A stretch of 34,481 bases of DNA, taken from the NCBI GenBank assembly GCA_964388755.1, contig CAYMBT010000001.1:1-34481 (forward strand), given 5' to 3'. The notes beneath the pieces are model-generated. The model was not told the DNA's origin and ran no database searches. It saw nothing but the letters and a program-made list of their open reading frames with translations. This stretch comes from an uncultured Pseudobdellovibrionaceae bacterium (GTDB lineage Bacteria; Bdellovibrionota; Bdellovibrionia; Bdellovibrionales; JAGQZY01). Made by a program: the position numbers and the translations under genes. Numbering within the stretch: the first letter of the stretch is position 1; each line of letters opens with the position of its first letter. Shown here in pieces: positions 16,854 through 25,359 of this stretch.

Positions 16854-17684
16854 ATGAAGGTGCAAAAGTACACACTTAAAAAAGCTCAAAAACATCTACC
16901 CAAAAGACTACTCACAAGTAGCAAGATTACAGGTGGTAAAACTCTAATCTATGCTGGCTCAAAAGGGATGTGGGGAGCTTCGATCCTTTGCGCACAAGCC
17001 GCCGCCCGAACAGGCTCTGGTTACACATACTTACTTTTAGAAAATAAAAATAATTTTCCAGTCCAAAAAAATCCTGACTTCTTAACCCTCGATCGATGGC
17101 CTAAGGATTTAAGCCCCTTCGGAGCTCTGGCAATAGGACCTGGTTTAAGCCCAAAAACCGATCTCTTGAAAATCATAAAAAATCTTATTTTAAAAAAAGT
17201 ACCCCATGTTGTTCTTGATGCCGAGGCTTTAAACCATCTCTCAAAAATGAAAACGAAGCTCACTCTACCTGACACTTGGGTTCTCACCCCACACGAAGGA
17301 GAATTGGCAAGGCTGATTGGTAAAACCTCGCGGTGGGTGAAAGCCAACCGTATAACAGCAGCTCAGCTTTGCCAAAAAAAATGGGGCTGTGTTGTTTTGC
17401 TAAAAGGTCATGAAAGTATAGTGATGAATGATAGCCAATGTTTTAAAATTCAGTCCGGTAACCCTGCTCTTGCTAAAGCAGGCACCGGGGACGTTTTGAC
17501 TGGAATGATTGCATCCCTCATGAGTCAAAAATTAAATACGCTGGATGCCACTGGCCTTGCTACTTTTATTCATGGCTTTATCGCAGATCAATGGATAAAA
17601 AATGGAAATGACGAATTAAGTCTGTTGGCCTCAGACCTCATCAACGGAATTTCAAAAAATTTAAAAATCATCCGTAATCATTAA
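16854..17684 (+). CDS. nnrD: ADP-dependent NAD(P)H-hydrate dehydratase (YjeF C-terminal type)
   Basis: 276 aa. LPKRLLTSSKITGGKTLIYAGSKGMWGASILCAQAA and GTGDVLTGMIASL are typical of the family. Confidence 0.85.
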   Translation: MKVQKYTLKKAQKHLPKRLLTSSKITGGKTLIYAGSKGMWGASILCAQAAARTGSGYTYLLLENKNNFPVQKNPDFLTLDRWPKDLSPFGALAIGPGLSPKTDLLKIIKNLILKKVPHVVLDAEALNHLSKMKTKLTLPDTWVLTPHEGELARLIGKTSRWVKANRITAAQLCQKKWGCVVLLKGHESIVMNDSQCFKIQSGNPALAKAGTGDVLTGMIASLMSQKLNTLDATGLATFIHGFIADQWIKNGNDELSLLASDLINGISKNLKIIRNH

Positions 17685-17717
17685 ATTTTTATCATCAAAA
17701 AATTCGTGTTCTAAGTA

Positions 17718-19335
17718 TTATGACAAAAGGCGCTCTGAGCGTTCTAAGAATTCGTCATATTGGCCATCAAAAGTGATCATCTTGCTTTTACTAAGAGCAA
17801 AAACTCGGGTTGTCAGTTCTCTTAAAAAGAAACGATCATGGCTGACCATCATCACTGTGCCTTCAAAACGCTTTAATGCATCCATCAACACTTCTCGCGA
17901 GCGGATATCTAAATGATTGGTGGGCTCATCGAGAACTAAAAAATTAATGGGACGAGAAAGAATGGTGGCTAAAACAACTCGACTTTTTTCTCCACCAGAA
18001 AGGACCTTAATCTTTTTTTCGACCTCATCTCCTGAGAAAAGAAGTGAGCCTAAAAGATTTCGAATATAACCTAGGTTTGCTGTCGGCATGTGGGACTGAA
18101 CTTCTTCGAGGATTGTATTTTCTGGATTCAGGACATCCAGCGAATTTTGCGAAAAATAACCAAACTCAATACTGGGGCCTAAGCGAGAGATGCCGTCCGT
18201 GGGTGTAGCATCACCAACAATTATTTTTAAAAAAGTTGATTTTCCGGCCCCATTCACACCAACAACGGCGATGCGATCTTGTCGTTTAACAAGGGCTGAA
18301 GCATTTTGAAAAACCAATTTATCCCCATTGGCACTGGGCCAAATTTTTGTGAGGTTATCGACCACTAAAACCTCATCACCCCCTCTGGGGGATTTTTGCC
18401 ATTCAAAACGAACCGATCTTTCTTCGGCTGGGATTTCGATGATATCAATTTTATCAAGCTTTTTGACTCGGGATTGGACTTGGGCCGCATGGGAGGCGCG
18501 GGCGGCAAAACGAGAGATAAATTCTTTTTCTTTGGCCAGCATATCCTCTTGTCTTTTGGCTGAAGCGATCAGGTTGACGTTACGAATCTCACGTTCTTTT
18601 TCGTAAAAGTCATAGTTGCCACCAAAGAGATGAATACCTTTATTGGCCACTTCGATGATTTTTGAAACCACACGATTCATAAATTCGCGATCATGGCAGG
18701 TCATTAAAATCGCACCTTTAAATTCTTTCAGCCAATTTTCAAGCCAAACAATGGATTCAACATCTAAGTGATTGGTGGGCTCGTCCATAAGTAAAAGATC
18801 AGGATTAATCAAAAGGATTTTAGCCAGCGCAATTCGCATTTTCCAACCGCCGCTAAAAGTCTCTACATTGCGATGATAGTCTTCTGGACCGATTCCAAGG
18901 CCAGTTAAAATTTCAGCCGCCTTGGCCTCGAGTTCGTATCCACCCATGTCTTCAAATTCGCTTTGCAGCTCGCCGTATCGCTCCAGTACTTTAGACATTT
19001 CATCTTCGTCAAGGGGTTCAGAAAGCTGGGTTTCTAACTTTTTAAGTTCGGTGGCCACAACCCTGAATCGAGGATGGGCTGATTCTACTTCTTGTAAAGC
19101 CGTGTTTCCGCTCATCTCTTCGAGGTTCTGAGAAAAATAACCCACCACTATTTTGTCAGAGACGGTCACACTGCCCTCTTCAACTGACTCTTCTTTTGCA
19201 AGGATTTTTAGGATTGTAGTTTTTCCAGAGCCGTTGGATCCAACCAGTCCGATTTTTTCGTCTAATCTGAAAAGAGCCATTGGTATAGAGGACTTTACTG
19301 CCATAATGCTTAGAAATTCCAGAGACATAAATCAT
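17718..19335 (-). CDS. ABC-F family ATPase with an apparent frameshift in its first ~25 codons
   Basis: It has two ABC cassettes: GLVGSNGSGKTT plus LSGGWKMR plus LLLMDEPTNHLD, and VVGVNGAGKST plus LSGGEKSR plus FLVLDEPTNHLD. The canonical N-terminus MIYVSGISKHYGSKVLYTNGSFQI starts at ATG 19335 (AGGTGG SD 9 nt upstream) but lies in a different frame from the main ORF, which the track starts at 19328. Confidence 0.88.
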
Positions 19336-19462
19336 TTTAATGACCACCTTAAAAAAAGTCTGTATAGCATGGAGACCGGTCGACTGATAGTCAAAAGCTT
19401 ATTTTTTTTAAGCCCCTCTGATTGACCTTTATGACCATTTATACTTAGGTTTAAGCTTTGGT

Positions 19463-20320
19463 GTGCTTGAACAAACCTCAGAGGTTCTATTGAATAATGT
19501 CATTTCACAATTTCTTACACGCTTCAATGAAACCAGGACCATGACTTGGGCCGCTTCACTGGCTTTTTATACAACGCTCTCGATCTCTCCCCTGCTTATT
19601 TTATTACTCTCTGTTCTTTCAAAGCTGGGGTTAGAGTTTCAAAATTCATTTAAGGTACAGGTTTTTGAAACCTTTGGACAAGAAGCGCTTGATATTGTTT
19701 TAATTATTCTTAAGAGCACACAAGAAAGACAGGATCTTTTTACCATATATGGTTTATTGGGGACTGTGACTTTGCTTTTTTCGGCGAGCCTTGTTTTTTC
19801 AGAACTTAAATCAGCTCTTAATAATATATTTAATTTTTCACCTCAGAAAACAAATAATACTATAGCCATCAATCTATTGATCTATTTAAAAGACAAGATA
19901 CTCAACATTGGCATTGTTTTTGGTTTCATTTTTATCATGATCATTTCTTTGACTATTTCAACTATCCTTAATTTTGTACAAAATATTGAAATCTTTTTTC
20001 TGACCAATATTGCTGTCCTTTTTATTTTTAACCACGTGACATCTTTTATAATTTATATGGCGGTGTTCTCTATACTTTACCGTTTTGTCCCCGATCAAAA
20101 AATTCAATGGATGACGGCTTGTTTATCGGGCGCTTTGTCCTCAGTTCTTTTTATTTTTGGTCAGGACCTCATAGGTCTTTATCTGGGACAATCGGCCCTG
20201 GGTTCGACTTACGGTGCAGCCGGCTCATTGGCTGTTGTTTTGGTTTGGGTGTATTACTCGTCCATTATAATTTTTGTAGGGGCTCATTTTGGCTATTTAT
20301 TAAGAGTTCATAAATCATAG
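19463..20320 (+). CDS. YihY/BrkB family membrane protein
   Basis: 285 aa with a GTG start. WAASLAFYTTLSISPLLILLLSV, followed by 5-6 TM segments, is typical of the YihY family. Confidence 0.78.
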   Translation: MLEQTSEVLLNNVISQFLTRFNETRTMTWAASLAFYTTLSISPLLILLLSVLSKLGLEFQNSFKVQVFETFGQEALDIVLIILKSTQERQDLFTIYGLLGTVTLLFSASLVFSELKSALNNIFNFSPQKTNNTIAINLLIYLKDKILNIGIVFGFIFIMIISLTISTILNFVQNIEIFFLTNIAVLFIFNHVTSFIIYMAVFSILYRFVPDQKIQWMTACLSGALSSVLFIFGQDLIGLYLGQSALGSTYGAAGSLAVVLVWVYYSSIIIFVGAHFGYLLRVHKS

Positions 20321-20444
20321 CTCATCTTGTCAATTTTCATTCCCTACAGTGGGTCATTAAACCCCCATCTGTGTTTCATTAATCCTCAAGCTGAGCATCA
20401 GTTAAAAACAAACCTACTAAATCCATTAGAGAGCTTATTAAACA

Positions 20445-20460
20445 TGGCCTCCGACTTGCA
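20445..20460 (+). promoter_or_regulatory. Candidate sigma-54 (-24/-12) promoter
   Basis: TGGCCTCCGACTTGCA matches TGGCAC-N5-TTGCW with the correct GG-to-GC spacing. It lies about 55 nt upstream of ATG 20515. Confidence 0.4.
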
Positions 20461-20514
20461 AACCTTAGTCTTTGAATAACAAAAATGAAACCATATTCAA
20501 CTAAGGAGTTTTTT

Positions 20515-20838
20515 ATGAGTAACGGAGAAAAAAATAAAGATAACCAAAAGCAGAAAGCTTACGGTCAAGACAATAAACAACAAAGCGACGAAAAAAATCC
20601 GTCGTTCAATAACACCAAGGATCAATCTCAAAAACAGGGACAACAACAGCAGGATAGCCCCAAGTCTCAGTTTGATAAGAACAAATCTTTTGATGCTAAT
20701 GATAAAAGTAATAAGAAAGACGACAAAGATAAAGACAGGGATAAAGACATTGATAAAAAACGCAATCCCCAAGAGCAAGTTGTCGATCCTAAAAACTTAC
20801 GACAAACCGAAGAGCGCAACCGCAATATGAATGCTTAA
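20515..20838 (+). CDS. Low-complexity, highly hydrophilic K/D/Q/N-rich protein, probably disordered
   Basis: ATG 20515 is preceded by AAGGAG. The 107-aa product (MSNGEKNKDNQKQKAYGQDNKQQSDEK...KDDKDKDRDKDIDKK) contains almost no hydrophobic residues. Confidence 0.7.
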   Translation: MSNGEKNKDNQKQKAYGQDNKQQSDEKNPSFNNTKDQSQKQGQQQQDSPKSQFDKNKSFDANDKSNKKDDKDKDRDKDIDKKRNPQEQVVDPKNLRQTEERNRNMNA

Positions 20839-20863
20839 CCCTCATTAAGCCCCGTTTATTTCA

Positions 20864-20922
20864 GAGCAACTGACCAAAAATGTTTTTATAAAATAAAACC
20901 GGTCAGTTGCTCATTTTTTTTT
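20864..20922 (+). terminator. Rho-independent terminator with a long loop
   Basis: gagcaactgacc (20864-20875) pairs with ggtcagttgctc (20901-20912), followed by a T-run at 20914-20922. Confidence 0.6.
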
Positions 20923-21022
20923 CTTAATAACCCATCTTAAATTGATCACTGGCTCAGCCCCACAATAATTAAATATTTTTAGGCCCATTTCTTTTAAAAA
21001 ATACTATGGTACATTGAATCCT

Positions 21023-21718
21023 ATGGATTTTTTTGAAACCGTCAGACGCCGCCGCAGTATTCGTCGATACACCCCACAGCCAGTCCCAACTCAGGTGATT
21101 GAAAAAGCACTTGATGCTGCCTTACTGGCCCCTAATTCATCCAATACCCAAACATGGAATTTCTTTTGGGTCAGATCAGAAGATAAAAAAAAACAGCTTA
21201 TCCATGCCTGCCTCAACCAGTCGGCAGCTCGAACAGCCGCTGAATTGATTGTTGTTACGGCTGACCCCACACTTTGGCGCAGGTCTCAATCGGGTCTTAT
21301 CCATTGGGTTGAAAAATCAAATGCGCCACAGGCTGTTCATAGCTATTATAAAAAGATTGTCCCTTATGTTTATCGCTGGGGGTTTTTAAATATCTTTGGC
21401 ATCATAAAAATTATAATCATGAACATGATTGGATTATTTCGACCTATTATTCGAGGTCCTTTTACTAAACGAGATATGCAAGAGGTGGCCATTAAAAGTG
21501 CAGCCCTGGCTTGTCAGAACTTTGTTCTGGCCATTTCTGCCCAAGGCTATTCAAGTTGCATGATGGAGGGTTTTGACGAGTATCGAGTGTCAAGACTTCT
21601 TAAACTCAACTGGAACGAAAGGGTTGTCATGGTCATTGCCGTTGGAAAAGAAACTGAAAACGGTACTTGGGGCACACAATTTAGAATCCCGAGAGACCAA
21701 GTTATACATACGATTTGA
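21023..21718 (+). CDS. Nitroreductase family protein
   Basis: MDFFETVRRRRSIRRYTPQPVP is the classic nitroreductase N-terminus. TTG 21014 is an alternative start, and no clear SD precedes either. Confidence 0.85.
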   Translation: MDFFETVRRRRSIRRYTPQPVPTQVIEKALDAALLAPNSSNTQTWNFFWVRSEDKKKQLIHACLNQSAARTAAELIVVTADPTLWRRSQSGLIHWVEKSNAPQAVHSYYKKIVPYVYRWGFLNIFGIIKIIIMNMIGLFRPIIRGPFTKRDMQEVAIKSAALACQNFVLAISAQGYSSCMMEGFDEYRVSRLLKLNWNERVVMVIAVGKETENGTWGTQFRIPRDQVIHTI

Positions 21719-21732
21719 TGTGAGAGCTGAAA

Positions 21733-22803
21733 ATGTTTTTGAATAAAAATTTAAATATCTTCAAGTTACCATTTTATGTCTTATTTTATTTTGTATTTTC
21801 TTTGGGCTGTGCTCAACAAACCTCTCAGAAGTCCTATGACACCCAAGATTCATGCCTTCAGAATCAAATGGCTTTGGACATTGGCTCTGGCTCGACAAAG
21901 GTGCTTGTTGGGCTTGTTGATACTTGTTTACATAAGATCATAAAAATTCACTGGCAGGATTCACTGAGTCTTAAGATCAAAGAGTCTTTAAAAAATCAGC
22001 AAAATAGGATCTCTAAAGATTTTGAAAAAAAACTGATTTTACAGATTGAACAGTGGAAAAAAAATAACAATGACTACCCCATCCAGACTTACAAAGCCGT
22101 CGCTACAGAAGTTTTTAGGCAAGCAAAAAACGGCGAAGAGTTTATTAAACAACTTTCACAGAGGACTCAAATACCCATACGAATGATCAATCAAAAGGAA
22201 GAGAGCCAAATTGGCTTTTGGTCGGCGCTCACCCAAATTGACAAAAATCCTTTAGACATTGTGGTTTGGGATATTGGGGGTGGTAGTATGCAAATCACTC
22301 AACTCAATAAAGACAATCAGTTTGAAAGTTACCTTGGTCAACTGGCCTCGGTGAGCTTTAAAGACATTGTTTTAGGTATGAAGAAAAGTACAAATCCTAA
22401 AAACCATAGTTCTCCTAATCCTCTTGGGGCCCCATTGACCCTTGAGGCTTTGAAATATGTCCAAATTTTTGCACAGAAGAATGTTCCTCTGATGATGAAA
22501 GAGGGACTTAAAAATAAAACAATTATTGGGATCAGTGGTGTTCACAACCAATCCATTTTGGCCCGGGTCAGACAAACTCAGAGCCAAGATTTTTACACTC
22601 TAAGTCAGCTCGAAAAGACTCTAGAAAAAGTGAAAGCTCTCAATGATCAACAGCTCGGCGGTGACTACCCCGAAACAGATGTCACCAACCTCATCCTTAT
22701 TTCAGGATTTATGGAAGCCCTTGGGATAAAACGGGTTGAAGTGGTTTCTGTGAACCTGACTTTTGGGCTTTTGATCATGCCCCCAACAAATCGCAAAATG
22801 TAA
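21733..22803 (+). CDS. Exported ASKHA-fold phosphatase (Ppx/GppA or NTPDase-like)
   Basis: 356 aa. The hydrophobic N-terminus ends in FSLGC (a signal peptide, possibly a lipoprotein). The two phosphate-binding motifs are ALDIGSGSTKVLV and VWDIGGGSMQIT. Confidence 0.68.
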   Translation: MFLNKNLNIFKLPFYVLFYFVFSLGCAQQTSQKSYDTQDSCLQNQMALDIGSGSTKVLVGLVDTCLHKIIKIHWQDSLSLKIKESLKNQQNRISKDFEKKLILQIEQWKKNNNDYPIQTYKAVATEVFRQAKNGEEFIKQLSQRTQIPIRMINQKEESQIGFWSALTQIDKNPLDIVVWDIGGGSMQITQLNKDNQFESYLGQLASVSFKDIVLGMKKSTNPKNHSSPNPLGAPLTLEALKYVQIFAQKNVPLMMKEGLKNKTIIGISGVHNQSILARVRQTQSQDFYTLSQLEKTLEKVKALNDQQLGGDYPETDVTNLILISGFMEALGIKRVEVVSVNLTFGLLIMPPTNRKM

Positions 22804-22964
22804 AATTAATAAAAACAAGGAATCCTTAATGCTTCGGACTTTTTTGTGGTAAGAAATAAATTAATAATTTCTCTTTTCTGGTGTTCATCATTAAAGAGAC
22901 TTGAGAACAACTCAACTTTAAAATCTTGCGCTTTTTTAAGAGCCAAGAAAAAAATGAGGGCCCT

Positions 22965-23969
22965 ATGTCCATCGATAAACAGAATTCGATTTACAAAATT
23001 ATTTTTGTTCTTCTCATATTAGTTGTTCTCTATTTTTCAATGGAAATTGTGATTATCACTTTAATTGGTATTGGCCTCGGTGTTCTACTTTCACCCCTTC
23101 TTGATAAAATACAAAAGCGTTTAAGAATCAAACGGGGTTACGCGGCCCTCATTGTCATATTAAGTAGCATCCTGACGTTCTTACTTGGAGGTTTCTTATT
23201 TGGTCAGGTGATTTTTGAACAAGCTGATGCTTTAGCAAAAGGCATGCCCGAGTTTACCATAATGTTTCAAGACCAATTAAAAATCATATTTCAGCGTTAT
23301 CCCTTTGTGATCGACGCCATCAAGGATTTTGATTTTCCCTCAGCGGCTCAAACTGTGTTTGGATTTCTTTTTAAAGGAGCCCAAGCAGGATCTTTTGCGA
23401 TCGGCGGATTTATTTTTGCCATGATCCTTGGAATTTATCTTGCCGTTGATTCAAAGACTTACTTCAACGAACTGGTCCGAGCCTTTTATCCCGAGCAACG
23501 CGAGAAAGCTCGAGATATTCTGCTTAAGTGCGCCACTGTTGTGAGAGCTTGGTTTCGCGCCCAGCTATTGGATATGGCTATTATAGGGCTTATGACCACC
23601 ATCGGTTTATGGATTGTAGGCGTTAAATACTGGGCTTTGTTTGGCCTGCTGACTGCGATTTTAGGCATCATCCCTTACGTTGGTATCATCATCGTTTTAG
23701 CTTTGGTCAGTTTTATCGTTCTTGTTTCAGAACCCAGTCAATTTGGTTGGGTGCTCCTCGTCTTTTTTATCACCCAACAAATCGAGGGCAACATTGTTTT
23801 ACCCATGGTCATGAAAGGCACAGTCGAAATTCCAGAAGCCTTCCTCATTATCACAATGATCTTCTTCGGCTTTTGGTTCGGCCTACTCGGCGTATTTATC
23901 GCCCCCCCCACCGTCGCCGTCCTCCTCTGCCTCTACCGAAACCTCTACCTCTCCCGCATCGAGAGATAA
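22965..23969 (+). CDS. AI-2E family (PerM/UPF0118) transporter
   Basis: About 334 aa from ATG 22965 (TTG 22926 is the alternative). It is a polytopic membrane protein with the pattern LGIIPYVGIIIV ... QQIEGNIVLPMVM typical of the family. Confidence 0.82.
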   Translation: MSIDKQNSIYKIIFVLLILVVLYFSMEIVIITLIGIGLGVLLSPLLDKIQKRLRIKRGYAALIVILSSILTFLLGGFLFGQVIFEQADALAKGMPEFTIMFQDQLKIIFQRYPFVIDAIKDFDFPSAAQTVFGFLFKGAQAGSFAIGGFIFAMILGIYLAVDSKTYFNELVRAFYPEQREKARDILLKCATVVRAWFRAQLLDMAIIGLMTTIGLWIVGVKYWALFGLLTAILGIIPYVGIIIVLALVSFIVLVSEPSQFGWVLLVFFITQQIEGNIVLPMVMKGTVEIPEAFLIITMIFFGFWFGLLGVFIAPPTVAVLLCLYRNLYLSRIER

Positions 23970-24019
23970 AACTGCTGTTTATAGTGCTACTCTATTGAGT
24001 AAAATATAATATTAATGGA

Positions 24020-24688
24020 CTATTTTGAACGAGCGGTCAGGTTTTCATCCAGTATTTTATTAAGAACATCGCCTGTGTATTTTATTTCTCGTGCAGCTTC
24101 ATGGGTGCTTGTGTATCTTCTTTGATAATTCCCAAGGCCATAGTCGGAAATGACATTGATCAATGACAAGGTTGGTTGAATAAAAGAATCAAACATCTTT
24201 TTTCTTAACGAAAGTTGAAGAACCAAGGCCATCAGAACTAAGAAACCCAAAGCCCAAGCTCCCGCTAAGCCAATTATTTTTGCAGTTCTGTTTTTTTTGT
24301 TCATAGCTTTTAGATTGAGATCCGACAAAGCAACAAGTTTTTGTGATAATTGAAATAAAACAGTTTGATCAGCTTTCCAGTAGCTTAAACCTAAATTGTA
24401 AATTTCAGAAATAATTTCGCTTTCACCTTCTATGGTTATGTTACTTTTTGCATTTTCAAAAGACTCCCAAAAAAGTTTTTCGCTCTCTTGGCGACTTTCA
24501 CTTATTTGTGAATTTAACAGGCTACCTTGCATCTTAATGACAGAAGATACCGAATAAGCATTTTCATTAAGAATCTCATCAATGGCAGGGACTATTCTTT
24601 CGATGAGATAGAGTGCTCCTATACCTACACAAAGGTTGATGACAATAGTGACTGTAGATACAAATCTAAAATAGGACTTTGATGACAT
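24020..24688 (-). CDS. Membrane protein: TM, helical extracytoplasmic domain, TM, then a HAMP-like segment with no output domain
   Basis: 222 aa. TM1 is VSTVTIVINLCVGIGALYLI and TM2 is IIGLAGAWALGFLVLMALVLQL. It continues with FIQPTLSLINVISDYGLGNYQRR...AREIKYTGDVLNKIL, which is HAMP-like by eye. The start overlaps the trkA stop (TAATG). Confidence 0.5.
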   Translation of the reverse strand: MSSKSYFRFVSTVTIVINLCVGIGALYLIERIVPAIDEILNENAYSVSSVIKMQGSLLNSQISESRQESEKLFWESFENAKSNITIEGESEIISEIYNLGLSYWKADQTVLFQLSQKLVALSDLNLKAMNKKNRTAKIIGLAGAWALGFLVLMALVLQLSLRKKMFDSFIQPTLSLINVISDYGLGNYQRRYTSTHEAAREIKYTGDVLNKILDENLTARSK

Positions 24689-25350
24689 TAGTTAACCTTT
24701 TCCATAAATTTTTCAATGGCCCCTTTTTTAGCAGACGTTACGATCACATCGCCTTCATTGAGAACATCTTCGGCCCGAGGCTGCTTAACAAGACTTTCAC
24801 CAACACAACGGATAGCAATAGCCGTAATTCCAAAGTTTTTTGTAAGATGAAGCTCTGCAAGAGTCCTTTTTGAAAGTGACTTGGGTATTTTAATTTCTGA
24901 GACCACCAAATCCGATCCTAACAACATTTCATTGAGAACATGTTCACTAAGAATGCGCGGAGCAAATCTTTCTCCAAAATCCCATTCGGGATTGACGATC
25001 TCTTGAGCTCCGACAAGTCTTAAAATTCGAGCATGGAGATCATCATTAGCTCTGGCTATGATTCTTTTGGCACCCATTTGTTTGAGAAGAGCCGTACATA
25101 AGATACCAACCTCTTTGGACTGGTCACCTGTAGCACAGATACATACATCTCTTTTGGCTGGCTCAAGTTGAGCAATAAACTCTTCATCGGTGGCATCAGC
25201 ACAGATGGCTTGGGTCGCCCAAGTTGCAGCCAAATCAATTCTCTTTTGGTCCAAATCCACAGCAATAATTTCGACATCGTATTTACTGAGTGCTCGCGCC
25301 AAACCCATGCCGAACTGTCCAAGACCAATGATGATCACTTGTTTAAACAT
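24688..25350 (-). CDS. trkA: Trk/Ktr system potassium uptake protein, RCK (NAD-binding) subunit
   Basis: 220 aa with the Rossmann motif IIIGLGQFGMGLARAL and a C-terminal TrkA_C-like segment. GAGGAG SD upstream. Confidence 0.9.
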   Translation of the reverse strand: MFKQVIIIGLGQFGMGLARALSKYDVEIIAVDLDQKRIDLAATWATQAICADATDEEFIAQLEPAKRDVCICATGDQSKEVGILCTALLKQMGAKRIIARANDDLHARILRLVGAQEIVNPEWDFGERFAPRILSEHVLNEMLLGSDLVVSEIKIPKSLSKRTLAELHLTKNFGITAIAIRCVGESLVKQPRAEDVLNEGDVIVTSAKKGAIEKFMEKVN

Positions 25351-25359
25351 TTTTTCTCC

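Noticed and set aside
20497-20778. A 93-aa very hydrophobic ORF on the minus strand.
   Set aside because: It is the antisense translation of the Lys/Asp-rich gene (AAA/GAT codons read as TTT/ATC). The sense gene has a strong SD and a terminator.
23747-23998. An 83-aa Pro/Arg-rich ORF.
   Set aside because: It is an alternative-frame artefact of the C-rich tract at the end of the AI-2E transporter gene.
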